Assembly: GCA_964364425.1 (NCBI GenBank)
Contig: CAYIMB010000002.1
Coordinates: 17,436 to 81,435 of the forward strand
DNA: 64,000 nucleotides
Source of the DNA: an uncultured Gammaproteobacteria bacterium
GTDB lineage: Bacteria > Patescibacteriota > Patescibacteriia > UBA9570 > JBBTWU01
Reading direction: 5' to 3'
A program made the position numbers and the translations under genes. Within the stretch, counting starts at the first letter, position 1. Every line of letters starts with the position of its first letter. Shown here in pieces: positions 39,369 to 49,510 of the stretch. The notes beneath the pieces were generated by a model, which was not told the DNA's origin, made no database searches, and was given only the letters and a program-made list of their open reading frames with translations.

Positions 39369-40691
39369 ATGAACACAACTATTTCCGCTCTCCCAGAGTT
39401 GACTGGGAAAAGCGTTACTCTCCAAGGCTGGGTGTATAACTTCCGGAGTTCCGGTAAGATTTTTTTCTTGCAAGTGAGAGATGGGTCAGGTTTTGTGCAG
39501 GCTGTGGCCAGCAAGGCGGATATTTCTGCAGAATCCTGGGCGGCCTGTGAACAAGTCAGTATAGAAAGCTCAGTTGAAGTGACTGGTGTGGTGAAAGAAG
39601 ACACGCGCAGTGCTTCTGGTGTGGAGTTGGGCGTAACAGAAGTGAAGTTGATTCACGCCGGCCCAGAATGGCCCATTGGAAAAAAAGAACACGGGCCAGA
39701 ATTTTTGTTTGATAATCGAGATTTGTATTTGAGGTCTAAAACGCCCTGGGCTATCTTGCGCATTCGCGACCGAATATTTTTTTCTATAGAGCATTTTTTC
39801 CACGAAGAAGGATTTATCAGGTTTGATTCACCCATCATCCAACCCACGAGTTGTGAAGACACCACGCAACTCTTCACCGTGGACTATTACGGAACTCCTT
39901 CCTACTTATCCCAATCTGGTCAGCTCTACAGTGAAGCGGGGATTATGTCGTTTGGAAAAGTGTATGACTTTGGACCAGTCTTCCGCGCAGAAAAAAGTAA
40001 AACACGTCATCATTTGTCAGAATTGTGGATGATGGATGCTGAGATGGCATTCTTTGACCAACAGATGAACATGGATTTACAAGAAAAGATGGTGAAACGG
40101 ATTGTGAAAGATGTACTGGATCACTACAAAGTTGAACTGGCCATTCTAGAACGAGACACCACTATTCTGGAACGCCTAGTCAAAGAACCATTTGTACGCC
40201 TGACTCATGCAGAGGTCAAAAAGATGTTGAAAGACGAAGGGTTGGTTTCAGAGGTTGAACATACCGATGAAAATTACTGGGCAGATGATATGTCAACGGA
40301 AGCTGAGGTTGCTTTGGGCAACAAATATAAGCTTCCAGTGTTCATTCAAGATTATCCAGCCGCGGTCAAGTCGTTCTACATGAAAAAATACACAGATTCA
40401 GATGGAATGTTACGCGTTCGTTGTGCTGACTTGATAGCACCAGAAGAGGGGAGAGAAATCATTGGTGGCAGTCAACGTGAAGAAAGTTATGAACTGCTGA
40501 AACAAGAAATAATTGACCGCAAATATCCATTGAAAGAATACGAGTGGTACCTGAACACGCGCAAATTTGGAAGTGTCCCACACAGCGGATTCGGTATAGG
40601 ACTTGAGCGCACCGTTCGCTGGATCACCGGAACTCATCACATTCGTGAAACTATTCCGTTTCCTCGTATGCTTAACCGGATGAAACCCTAA
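39369..40691 (+). CDS. asnS: Asparagine--tRNA ligase
   Basis: FRAEKSKTRHHLSELWMMDAEMAF class II motif. 440 aa. Confidence 0.85.
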   Translation: MNTTISALPELTGKSVTLQGWVYNFRSSGKIFFLQVRDGSGFVQAVASKADISAESWAACEQVSIESSVEVTGVVKEDTRSASGVELGVTEVKLIHAGPEWPIGKKEHGPEFLFDNRDLYLRSKTPWAILRIRDRIFFSIEHFFHEEGFIRFDSPIIQPTSCEDTTQLFTVDYYGTPSYLSQSGQLYSEAGIMSFGKVYDFGPVFRAEKSKTRHHLSELWMMDAEMAFFDQQMNMDLQEKMVKRIVKDVLDHYKVELAILERDTTILERLVKEPFVRLTHAEVKKMLKDEGLVSEVEHTDENYWADDMSTEAEVALGNKYKLPVFIQDYPAAVKSFYMKKYTDSDGMLRVRCADLIAPEEGREIIGGSQREESYELLKQEIIDRKYPLKEYEWYLNTRKFGSVPHSGFGIGLERTVRWITGTHHIRETIPFPRMLNRMKP

Positions 40692-40695
40692 ACTT

Positions 40696-42441
40696 ATGCT
40701 CCGGACTCACACCTGTGGTGAATTAAGAAAAACACACCTTGGAAAAACCGTTCAACTTTCTGGCTGGGTCAACCGCGTCCGCAACTTAGGCGGCGTGTTG
40801 TTTTTGGAATTGCGTGACCGGTACGGTGAAACCCAAGTCTTGATTTCTCCAGAAAGAGATGAGGTTATGCACAAATTAGTTTTGGGCTTGTCACCAGAAT
40901 CTGTGATCCACGTTACCGGCACGGTAAAAGCCCGTGAAAAGCATGTGATAAATAAAGACATACCAACCGGTGAGATTGAAGTGGTTCCAGACCAGATAGA
41001 AGTGTTGAACTCCGCTAAGCCTATGCCGTTTGAAGTGAACGTGGAACGTGAACAGAGTGAAGATTTACGGTTGAAATATAGATATATTGATCTGCGTAGG
41101 CCTTCCATCCAGCGCAACATGATTGTGCGCTCTAACTTTATTAAAGCTATTCGTGATTTCATGCACGGCGAAGACTTTATAGAGGTGCAGACGCCTATCC
41201 TTACCGCGTCATCCCCAGAAGGCGCGCGTGACTTTGTAGTCCCTTCACGCATTCACCCAGGAAAATTTTACGCTTTGCCCCAAGCCCCACAGCAATACAA
41301 ACAACTCTTGATGGTGGCTGGGTTTGATAAGTACTACCAAATTGCTCCGTGCATGCGGGATGAAGACCCACGAGCTGACCGTTCACCCGGAGAGTTTTAT
41401 CAGCTGGATTTGGAAATGTCGTTTGTGGATGAAGAAGATGTGTGGGAAGTGGTTGAGCGCATGTCCCAATACGTAGTCAAAGAAGTGACGGATAAAAAAA
41501 TCTGGAAATTTCCGTTCCCTCGCTATTCATATGACGAAGTCATGTTGAAATATGGTTCAGATAAACCAGATTTGCGCTATGGTGTGGAAATTACAGATGT
41601 TACAGAGTTAGCCAAACAATCTGAATTTAAGATTTTCACCGCAGCAGAATGTATCCGTGCGTTGTCTGTCCCGGCAGAGTTAAGTCGTAAAGATGTTTCA
41701 GATTTAGAGTTAGTGGCCAAAGCCAACCACGCCAAAGGTTTGGCGTATGGAGTTCTCAAAGGAAAGACGTTTGAATCCAGTATTTCAAAATTCTTTACCC
41801 CAGGTCAGCAAGCTGAATTGATAGAAGTAGTAGGCGCCAAAGCAGGGGACACCCTGGTGTTTGTAGCAGATACTCCGGCTGTGTGCGCTAAAGCCTTGGG
41901 CGCAGTGCGTTTGGCTGTAGGCAAAAAATACCAGCTAGCTGATCCAAACGTTTTAGCCTTTGCTTGGGTGACAGACTTTCCATTCTTTGAATGGGGTGAC
42001 AGCGAAAACAAATTAGATTTCATGCACAATCCATTCTCAGCACCAGTTGGCGGTTTGCAAGCACTAAAAGAACAAGACCCGCTCACCATCAAAGCCAGGC
42101 AATATGACTGGATTTGTAACGGTTTAGAGTTGGCTTCTGGTGCTATCCGTAACCATGATCCAAAAGCATTGCTTAAAGCTTTTGAAATGGTGGGATATCC
42201 AGAGAAAGAAGTGCGAGCTAAGTTTGGTCATATGATGGAAGCCTTTGAGTTGGGTGCCCCTCCCCACGGCGGAATTGCCCCAGGCATAGACAGATTCCTC
42301 ATGGTTTGCTTTGGTTTTGAATACATTAGAGATGTGGTGCCATTCCCTAAGAATCAAAAAGCAGAAGATCCTATGATGGGAGCTCCGTCTGAGTTGAATG
42401 ACAAGCAGTTGAAAGACCTTCACATCAAACTGGAAAAATAA
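40696..42441 (+). CDS. aspS: Aspartate--tRNA ligase
   Basis: 581 aa AspRS homology. Confidence 0.9.
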   Translation: MLRTHTCGELRKTHLGKTVQLSGWVNRVRNLGGVLFLELRDRYGETQVLISPERDEVMHKLVLGLSPESVIHVTGTVKAREKHVINKDIPTGEIEVVPDQIEVLNSAKPMPFEVNVEREQSEDLRLKYRYIDLRRPSIQRNMIVRSNFIKAIRDFMHGEDFIEVQTPILTASSPEGARDFVVPSRIHPGKFYALPQAPQQYKQLLMVAGFDKYYQIAPCMRDEDPRADRSPGEFYQLDLEMSFVDEEDVWEVVERMSQYVVKEVTDKKIWKFPFPRYSYDEVMLKYGSDKPDLRYGVEITDVTELAKQSEFKIFTAAECIRALSVPAELSRKDVSDLELVAKANHAKGLAYGVLKGKTFESSISKFFTPGQQAELIEVVGAKAGDTLVFVADTPAVCAKALGAVRLAVGKKYQLADPNVLAFAWVTDFPFFEWGDSENKLDFMHNPFSAPVGGLQALKEQDPLTIKARQYDWICNGLELASGAIRNHDPKALLKAFEMVGYPEKEVRAKFGHMMEAFELGAPPHGGIAPGIDRFLMVCFGFEYIRDVVPFPKNQKAEDPMMGAPSELNDKQLKDLHIKLEK

Positions 42442-43145
42442 TGGGCGTAAGTTACAAACTGCAACAATTTGAAGGGCCCTTAGACGTGTTGTTGCGTTTG
42501 ATTGAAGATGAACAACTTACCATTACGGACGTAAGCCTGGCTCAAGTCACGGAACAGTTCATGCAATATCTCCAACAAATAGAACAAAGATACCCAGAAG
42601 AGCTGGCAGACTTTTTGGTGGTAGCGACCCGGCTCCTCCTGCTCAAATCCCAGGCTCTCCTGCCGTACTTAGTCATAGAAGAGGAAGAAGACCCAAACCA
42701 GCTCACGCGCCAACTCAAAATATACAAAGCCTACGTGGATGCCATGAAGTATGTAGCAGCCCGTCTAGCGTCTAAAGCGTTTTTGTATCAACGGACGTCC
42801 TCATTACTTTCTGGTATTGGTCCGGTATTTGCTCCACCGCCTGACACCAGCGCAGACGTTTTGCGCGAAGTATTTGAGCAAGTCCTAGACGAACTTGCTC
42901 CGGTGGTGCGTATTCCTAAAGCCGCCATAGAAAAAGTCGTCTCTCTGAGAGAAAAAATTTGTCATATCACCGACTTGATTGAAAAAGAAGCGCAACTCTC
43001 CTTCAAACATCTCATGTCCACGGCCGGATCTAAAACAGAGGTTGTGATAACCTTCCTAGCTCTGCTAGAATTGATCAAACAGCGCGTGGTCTGTGTGTCT
43101 CAAGATAAACCATTTTCCGACATAGTGATTCAAAAACCCGTATGA
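42441..43145 (+). CDS. scpA: Segregation and condensation protein A
   Basis: FEGPLDVLLRLI N-terminus. Confidence 0.8.
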   Translation: MGVSYKLQQFEGPLDVLLRLIEDEQLTITDVSLAQVTEQFMQYLQQIEQRYPEELADFLVVATRLLLLKSQALLPYLVIEEEEDPNQLTRQLKIYKAYVDAMKYVAARLASKAFLYQRTSSLLSGIGPVFAPPPDTSADVLREVFEQVLDELAPVVRIPKAAIEKVVSLREKICHITDLIEKEAQLSFKHLMSTAGSKTEVVITFLALLELIKQRVVCVSQDKPFSDIVIQKPV

Positions 43146-43732
43146 ACAATTTAACTCAAACCATAGAAAGTTTGCTCTTGGTGGAACCCAAAGGCTTCAG
43201 CTTAAAACGATTAGCAGGTTTAACTCAAGCCTCTGCAGATGAGGTGAGTGAAGCCGTAGCCGCTTTAGCCCAGCGTTACACGGAAATTCAATCCGGCTTG
43301 CGGTTAGTCCAAGACGGAAACCAAGTGCAACTGACCACCGGACCTGAATCCGCCGTTACCATTCAAGCCTATGTCAAAGATGAAACCTCAGGTGAGCTGA
43401 CCCGTCCATCACTTGAGACACTGACCATTATTGCCTACCGTGGCCCCATTCCAAAATCTGAACTTGAGCTGATCCGCGGGATTAACTGTTCACTGATCCT
43501 GCGCAATCTGTTGATCCGTGGGTTAGTTAGAGAAGAGGCGCAAAAGACCACAGGAGAATCCATCTACAGCGTCACCGTTGACTTCCTTCGTCTGCTGGGA
43601 CTCTCCTCTACCGCTGAGTTGCCAGAATTTGAGAAACTCAACCAAAATGTAGATCTGCAAACTCTGTTGGGTGAATCAGAACAAGAAAAAGATTTTTTCC
43701 TGGCCGGAAAACACCAGTCCAAACCAGAGTAA
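43142..43732 (+). CDS. scpB: Segregation and condensation protein B
   Basis: ScpB winged-helix homology. Operon with scpA. Confidence 0.75.
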   Translation: MNNLTQTIESLLLVEPKGFSLKRLAGLTQASADEVSEAVAALAQRYTEIQSGLRLVQDGNQVQLTTGPESAVTIQAYVKDETSGELTRPSLETLTIIAYRGPIPKSELELIRGINCSLILRNLLIRGLVREEAQKTTGESIYSVTVDFLRLLGLSSTAELPEFEKLNQNVDLQTLLGESEQEKDFFLAGKHQSKPE

Positions 43733-43754
43733 ATAAGTCTGTCTACCACCACGC

Positions 43755-44771
43755 ATGCTCAATCAATTTCTCATTAGTCTTACTTTGGCCGCGCATGTAT
43801 TAGGTTTAACTTTGCCCCAGGTTATTGAGGAAGGGGTGTATGTGGTACCTTCGCTCCTGACTCCAGCCACTGGTGATGTGACGGAACTCAGGGTATTACC
43901 CGCTGTGGTAGACGCCGTTTCACGTCAAGCAGAGCCAATTTCTTCGGTGGAATATCGATTTCTGCCGGTAAGCACCAACCGTCCACAACCTCCATACAAG
44001 GTAGGGACTTCCACCGGGCCTTTAGTGACTGCCAAGTCTGCCGTGTTGCTGGACCAGGCAACCGGAATGGTGCTGTGGCAAAAAAATCCCGACAGCGTGA
44101 GGCCCATTGCCTCCCTGACTAAATTAATGACGGCTGTGGTGTACTTGAAACACCAGCCCTTAGATGGAATGAATCATATTCACACCTTGGCTCCGGAAGA
44201 AAATGCCGTGATTGGGTACAACCTCACCTTTCCTTCCGGAACGCAACTCACCACCGGGTCTTTATTTGGCGCCATGTTGGTGGGCTCCTTAAATAACACC
44301 GCTCTGGCCTTGAATGGCGCGACTGGTTTATCTACAACAGAATTTATAGCCCAGATGAATCAGTTGGCAGAGGAGTTTGGAATGAGACGTACCACGTTTG
44401 TGGATCAGACTGGAGTGAATAACAAAAATGTGGCTACGGCCGGAGATGTGGCTGTGCTCGCTAAGCAAGCCTTTGCCGAGTCGGATATTAATCAGTTTGC
44501 GGATCAGACTTCACTTGAAGTGCGTGACGTGAGTGGTGAGAAGGTCCGCACCGTGCAAGCCACTAACCAGTTGGCCGGAAATACTGATGTTGAGTTGCAA
44601 GGGGCTAAGACTGGAACCACTGCAGAGGCCGGGTACTGTTATGTATTTCAGGTGGTGATAGAAGGTCATTCGGTGATAGGGGTGATTTTGGGTGCGACCT
44701 CGGATGAAAGTCGATTTTCAGATGCCATTAAGCTGATAGATTGGACTAGCCAACAATTTGATTGGAAATAA
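43755..44771 (+). CDS. D-alanyl-D-alanine carboxypeptidase (serine-type, S11 family)
   Basis: Signal peptide. SLTKLMT SxxK motif. Confidence 0.6.
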   Translation: MLNQFLISLTLAAHVLGLTLPQVIEEGVYVVPSLLTPATGDVTELRVLPAVVDAVSRQAEPISSVEYRFLPVSTNRPQPPYKVGTSTGPLVTAKSAVLLDQATGMVLWQKNPDSVRPIASLTKLMTAVVYLKHQPLDGMNHIHTLAPEENAVIGYNLTFPSGTQLTTGSLFGAMLVGSLNNTALALNGATGLSTTEFIAQMNQLAEEFGMRRTTFVDQTGVNNKNVATAGDVAVLAKQAFAESDINQFADQTSLEVRDVSGEKVRTVQATNQLAGNTDVELQGAKTGTTAEAGYCYVFQVVIEGHSVIGVILGATSDESRFSDAIKLIDWTSQQFDWK

Positions 44772-44815
44772 GTCCGTGAGCGGAGTATACTAGATGGAGA
44801 TTAATATTTTTTTAT

Positions 44816-45853
44816 ATGGCAAAAAAGATTCGCATTGCAATTAACGGGTTTGGACGAATTGGACGCACCACCTTTAAGGCGGCTTTGGAACATGAAAATG
44901 AAGTGGAAGTAGTAGCCTTGAATGATTTGGGTTCAGCGGAAAACATGGCCTACTTGTTGAAGTACGACACCAACTACGGGATATATGGACGTGAGATAGG
45001 ATTTGGTACAAATTTTTTGAGTGTGGACGGAAAAAAGTTTAGTTTGTACGCGGAGAAGGATCCTAAGAGGTTGCCCTGGAAAAAGCTCCAGGTGGATGTG
45101 GTGTTGGAATGTACCGGACGTTTTACCAACAAGGATGACGCCGGGAGGCATCTGACTGCCGGAGCTAAACAGGTGATTATTTCTGCGCCGGCTAAATCCG
45201 GAGGACCAATTGGTACGTTTGTGTTGGGCGTAAACGCTCACGCAGGCCGGGCTTGGAAAAAGGCCAAGGGAACAGAGGTGATCTCTAACGCCTCATGTAC
45301 CACTAACTGCATTGCTCCGGTGATGGCGGTGTTGGAGAGTGCCTTTGGAGTGAAGAAAGCACTCATGACCACGGTACATTCGTACACGGCGGATCAAAAC
45401 CTGGTAGATGGCCCACATACAGATTTCCGTCGCGGCCGTTCTGCCGGAGCCAACATAGTTCCTACTTCTACCGGGGCGGCTCTGGCCACTACAGAAACCA
45501 TCCCCAGCCTGAAAGGAAAATTTGATGGGATAGCCATTCGCGTTCCGTCCACTACAGGCTCTCTATCTGATATTACCGCCGTGGTGAAAAAGAAAGTGAC
45601 CGTTCAGTCAGTCAACGCTGCGTTCAAGAAAGCAGCTAAGAATCCGCTATTCAAAGGCATCTTAGCGGTGAGTGAAGAAGAGCTGGTGTCCAAAGATATT
45701 GTGGGTCGTCCGGAATCAGCGATTGTGGATTTGGCCTTGACCATGGTAGTAGGAGATGACCTGGTGAAAGTGTTTGCTTGGTATGATAACGAATGGGCGT
45801 ATTCGTTACGTTTGGTTGAAGAAGCCATCTTGGTGGGTAAGGCGGTTGCCTAA
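44816..45853 (+). CDS. gap: Glyceraldehyde-3-phosphate dehydrogenase
   Basis: NGFGRIGR and SCTTNC. Confidence 0.9.
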   Translation: MAKKIRIAINGFGRIGRTTFKAALEHENEVEVVALNDLGSAENMAYLLKYDTNYGIYGREIGFGTNFLSVDGKKFSLYAEKDPKRLPWKKLQVDVVLECTGRFTNKDDAGRHLTAGAKQVIISAPAKSGGPIGTFVLGVNAHAGRAWKKAKGTEVISNASCTTNCIAPVMAVLESAFGVKKALMTTVHSYTADQNLVDGPHTDFRRGRSAGANIVPTSTGAALATTETIPSLKGKFDGIAIRVPSTTGSLSDITAVVKKKVTVQSVNAAFKKAAKNPLFKGILAVSEEELVSKDIVGRPESAIVDLALTMVVGDDLVKVFAWYDNEWAYSLRLVEEAILVGKAVA

Positions 45854-45881
45854 TTTAGACAGGAGAGTACACTGGCGCGTT

Positions 45882-47489
45882 ATGGAAACTGAATTATCTA
45901 GACCCGGTATACCTAGACACAAACCCCAAGAGTTTGAGCATGTAGTCATGGTTGTGGTTCCAGAGGGAGCCATCCAAGCAGATTTGCAACAATTGGAGAA
46001 GCGCGGGGTGAAGGTGCGTGATCAAGTAGTCACGGTTGAATATGAATACGGAGATAACGACATGGCCCTGGCTGATTATCAGTTTTCAGACGGAGCGTTT
46101 TGTTTGGTGAAAAAGTATGATAGCAATGTGCATTGGCCGGATGTTGTGGCTGAAAAGAGCAAGGCACAAGAATGGGCCGGTGATGTTCCTTTTTTGGTCA
46201 AAAAGAAACCTGAGAGCATTTCAACTATCCCGTCTGAAGGCTCACGTTCGCCTGAACCGCCACCCCCTAGTCCGCCTCCAGCGCCGCCTCCTGAAACTCC
46301 ACCGGCCTCTCCCACCCCGCCTGAGTGGCCATCTTTTGAATCCGAGAGAGAGTGGGAGTTATTGCAAAGGTATTGGAGGTTAGTGGCTCAAATTGAAGAT
46401 GCCCAACTGAAGATAGAACAGGCAAAGATTACCGAACGGAGACAGGAAATTCCTATTCAAACACGACGTTTAGAGATTGGACAAAAAAATTTACAACAAT
46501 TTCTAGTTCATCATCCGGAGTACACAAACCTTCCCAAGCCTTTGGAGGTTGCCAGTATAGATTTAGCGAGCGTAGAGGGCAGGAGGCGAGCCAAGGCGTT
46601 GTTGTTAGATAGTGATTTATCTCCAGTCGAAGCGGGCAAGCGCATCATAGCCATTGAGAAGGCGGGAGCTAAAATCGAATTACATCATCCAAAGTTGGAA
46701 CAGGGAGTTGGCACCAGTGCTGTGCGGCCTCCGCTCAAAACGGTCATGACTGACTTGAAGGAGGCACAGTACCGTGTTGGCCGTTTGAATAGTTTAGGGT
46801 TGTTGAGTCAACTCCAACATGGGGACACCCGGCATAATAATTTGCTGCGCTTAAAATCCACACGCCAGAGTTTAGAATATATTTTAAAACGATTTTCACC
46901 TCCCCCTCACGCCGACTCCTCCCTTAGCCGAGATTTTTTAGCTTTGCTGCATGGAGTGGTGGACGCCGTGAAGAAGGTTGAACAAGGGACCCAAAAAAAC
47001 TTTTTGTCTCGCTGGTGGTCACAGAATGAACTGATTCAACAACACAGAAAAATTGGTCAGGGCTTAAAAAAGTTAGAACAATTTACCCAGGAACACAGGG
47101 AGTTTGTGTACGCTTGCGCCCAGATCGAATTTCAACTAAGGTGGGCCAACACTTGGAGTTTTCATGTTCTCCGTCACCGTCCAGCAGTTCTCCGCCTGGA
47201 ACATCCTGTACCTGTTCATGATCCTGCTCGGCACCCTGATCCTGCTGTCCGCGCTGGTCATCCAAGACTGGCTCTGGATGAACAGGGAGACCGGTGTCTC
47301 GGCAGGAACGGCAGTCATGAACTTGCGCTTCTGGCAGTTAGCCTCCTGCTTGGTGGGGATCTCCTCCGCCTACGGAGCAGTCCCGCCGGTGCTGTTTGTG
47401 ACCGTCCCGACCTGGTTCCTCCTGACCCGCATGGTCGGGATGCCCCTGAGCGCGGCCATGATCGCTGCGGCGTGGTATGTGGCGTGTAG
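45882..47489 (+). CDS. Hypothetical Pro-rich protein
   Basis: ATG 45882. After ~47160 the frame runs into GC-rich DNA and translates to Arg/Pro junk until a chance stop. Confidence 0.45.
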   Translation: METELSRPGIPRHKPQEFEHVVMVVVPEGAIQADLQQLEKRGVKVRDQVVTVEYEYGDNDMALADYQFSDGAFCLVKKYDSNVHWPDVVAEKSKAQEWAGDVPFLVKKKPESISTIPSEGSRSPEPPPPSPPPAPPPETPPASPTPPEWPSFESEREWELLQRYWRLVAQIEDAQLKIEQAKITERRQEIPIQTRRLEIGQKNLQQFLVHHPEYTNLPKPLEVASIDLASVEGRRRAKALLLDSDLSPVEAGKRIIAIEKAGAKIELHHPKLEQGVGTSAVRPPLKTVMTDLKEAQYRVGRLNSLGLLSQLQHGDTRHNNLLRLKSTRQSLEYILKRFSPPPHADSSLSRDFLALLHGVVDAVKKVEQGTQKNFLSRWWSQNELIQQHRKIGQGLKKLEQFTQEHREFVYACAQIEFQLRWANTWSFHVLRHRPAVLRLEHPVPVHDPARHPDPAVRAGHPRLALDEQGDRCLGRNGSHELALLAVSLLLGGDLLRLRSSPAGAVCDRPDLVPPDPHGRDAPERGHDRCGVVCGV

Positions 47490-47541
47490 CTTCGGCTACT
47501 TCTACTGCATCTACGCCCCGCGCAAGCTGCAGACTTTCTAG
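47164..47541 (+). CDS. GC-rich small membrane protein (4 TM)
   Basis: Convincing TM ORF in a different frame inside the GC-rich segment ~47160-47600. Confidence 0.5.
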   Translation: MFSVTVQQFSAWNILYLFMILLGTLILLSALVIQDWLWMNRETGVSAGTAVMNLRFWQLASCLVGISSAYGAVPPVLFVTVPTWFLLTRMVGMPLSAAMIAAAWYVACSFGYFYCIYAPRKLQTF

Positions 47542-47671
47542 GTCCGGGGAGCAGTTCGCACGTTTGAACGCGCCGAGATAGTAGGCAGTCAGCCTCTCTC
47601 GGTGCGTTCTTCAGTTTCAAAGTTTTTATGTTCACCAATCACCAGATTGGCCAGGTCCAAAAGTTATCCAT

Positions 47672-47695
47672 AAGACCGCGAAACGGTCTTTTTAC
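47672..47695 (+). terminator. Rho-independent terminator AAGACCG-CGAAA-CGGTCTT + TTT
   Basis: Read directly. Confidence 0.6.
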
Positions 47696-47707
47696 GTTTT
47701 TACCATG

Positions 47708-47717
47708 GTGACCCCAC
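47708..47717. repeat. GTGACCCCAC, 10-bp direct repeat of the tRNA-Glu 3' end (49368-49377)
   Basis: Exact 10-mer. Brackets the lower-GC AAA-ATPase segment. Confidence 0.4.
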
Positions 47718-47810
47718 TGCATGGTTTCCAGAACTAGTTAATCAAAGAGAGTATATATGGAGTTTGATTGAAAATCTACAGTCTGCGATGGTTGGAGGTA
47801 GTCAATAGTC

Positions 47811-47934
47811 CTATACAAAAAATACACTACTTTTATGCCTAAATTAGGCATTTTTATTGTGTAAATTATCTTTTGTATACTAGACTATACAAAAGATAAC
47901 ACTATCTGTATACTCTGTAGTATAAGGATAAAAT
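47811..47934. promoter_or_regulatory. AT-rich region with nested palindromes (TTATCTTTTGTATA-CTAGAC-TATACAAAAGATAA; GCCTAAATTAGGC; TATACT..AGTATA) upstream of the AAA ATPase gene
   Basis: Inverted repeats read directly. Operator-like. Confidence 0.45.
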
Positions 47935-49371
47935 ATGAATCAAATTCTACTGCAATATGTCCAAAACCAATTAGTTCGTGCCGGGCAGCGACTTAACGCG
48001 AATACTATTGATGCTCAGGGTAAAAAGTACCCACAACGCAATATCTACATCAAAATAAAAAAACACGTTGATGATTTTATAAGCGGAAAGTCATTAACGC
48101 GCTGGATAGTTATTCCGGGCCTGAGAGGTGTAGGGAAGACTACGGCTGTGTCTCAAATTTATTTTTACCTTACCCAAGATCAAAAAGTAAAAAGTAATAA
48201 TATCCTCTACACCTCACTAGATGAAGTCACAGATTTAGGTGGAAACCTACGAGAAGTTTTGGGAACATATGAGAAGGTACTTGGAAAGAGTTACGAGCAG
48301 CAGAATGAGCTCATTTTTATTTTACTTGATGAAGTGCAAGTTGACCCTAAGTGGGCATCAATACTTAAAATTCTTCACGAGAAATCAAAAAAAGTCTTTA
48401 TTATTTGTACTGGATCCTCTGCTGTAGAATTACAATCAAACGCCGATGCAGAACGACGAGCAATTTTTGAACGGTTATTTCCCATGAGTTTTACCGAATT
48501 TCAGATGGTGCAACGCGGCATATACCCCACAAAGGGACTGAAGTATGATTTACAACAAGCTTTGTATCAAGCATCTTCTGTAGAAGTAGCCTTTCAGAAA
48601 CTACAGGCATTAAACCAAGTAATCTTATCATACTGGTCAAAGGTTGATGAATTATCAGTTTCTGAATTTCTTAAAGTGGGGACACTCCCATTTGCGTTGA
48701 GCTATTCTGATGAATATCAGGTCTACCAAGCTATCAATCGTTTACTTGAACAGGTCATTGATAAAGATATCCGAGCACTTGGCAGTTTTAGTAATGAAAC
48801 GTTAAGTAAAATTAAACAGCTACTTTTTTTACTAGCAGATAGCAACGGTTCACTCGCTTTTTCAACCATCGCTAAGACTTTGGATATGCAACGACCAACT
48901 CTGAATAGCATCTTTGATGCCCTTGAAAAAACAGAGTTACTGATAAGAGCTTTACCACAAGGAGCAAACAATAAGCGAGTTACAAAACCATCTAAGTTTT
49001 TATTTATGAGCCCTGCTCTACGGTTAGCATTATTGAGTATTTCTGGACTCAAACAGACATTCGATACTCAACAAGGAGCTTTACTAGAAGATGTAGTAGC
49101 ATTGCATTACTATCGAGAGTTTGTAACAAAGCGTAAGGCTTCACTCATGTATGATGCAACTGAGGGTGGTGCAGACTTTATTGTGAATTTTATCCAACAC
49201 CGTAGGATTGTTGTTGAGGTTGGGATGGGGAGCAAAGATTCAAAACAAGTAGTGAAAACAATGAGTAAAGTTCAGAGTGATTATGGAGTAGTAATTAGCT
49301 CTACAGAACTAGGGGTTGATGAAATAAACAGAATAGTTTTTCTACCTATTAAGTTCTTTTTATTGATGTGA
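47935..49371 (+). CDS. AAA+ ATPase, COG1373/DUF4143-like
   Basis: Walker A GLRGVGKTT and Walker B LLDEVQ. Visibly AT-richer than its neighbours. Confidence 0.6.
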   Translation: MNQILLQYVQNQLVRAGQRLNANTIDAQGKKYPQRNIYIKIKKHVDDFISGKSLTRWIVIPGLRGVGKTTAVSQIYFYLTQDQKVKSNNILYTSLDEVTDLGGNLREVLGTYEKVLGKSYEQQNELIFILLDEVQVDPKWASILKILHEKSKKVFIICTGSSAVELQSNADAERRAIFERLFPMSFTEFQMVQRGIYPTKGLKYDLQQALYQASSVEVAFQKLQALNQVILSYWSKVDELSVSEFLKVGTLPFALSYSDEYQVYQAINRLLEQVIDKDIRALGSFSNETLSKIKQLLFLLADSNGSLAFSTIAKTLDMQRPTLNSIFDALEKTELLIRALPQGANNKRVTKPSKFLFMSPALRLALLSISGLKQTFDTQQGALLEDVVALHYYREFVTKRKASLMYDATEGGADFIVNFIQHRRIVVEVGMGSKDSKQVVKTMSKVQSDYGVVISSTELGVDEINRIVFLPIKFFLLM

Positions 49372-49440
49372 CCCCACCGGGAATCGAACCCGGATTTCAG
49401 CGTTGAGAACGCCGCGTCCTAACCGTTAGACGATAGGGCC
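49369..49440 (-). tRNA. tRNA-Glu (anticodon CTC)
   Basis: Cloverleaf folded by hand on the reverse complement. Anticodon loop TTCTCAA. T-arm CCGGGTTCGATTCCCGG. Confidence 0.75.
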
Positions 49441-49510
49441 ATGCCGCGCTAGACTATCCAAAAAGCTACCAACCGTCAAACCTGAACACTTAAATTCCTT
49501 AAGGATTTAG

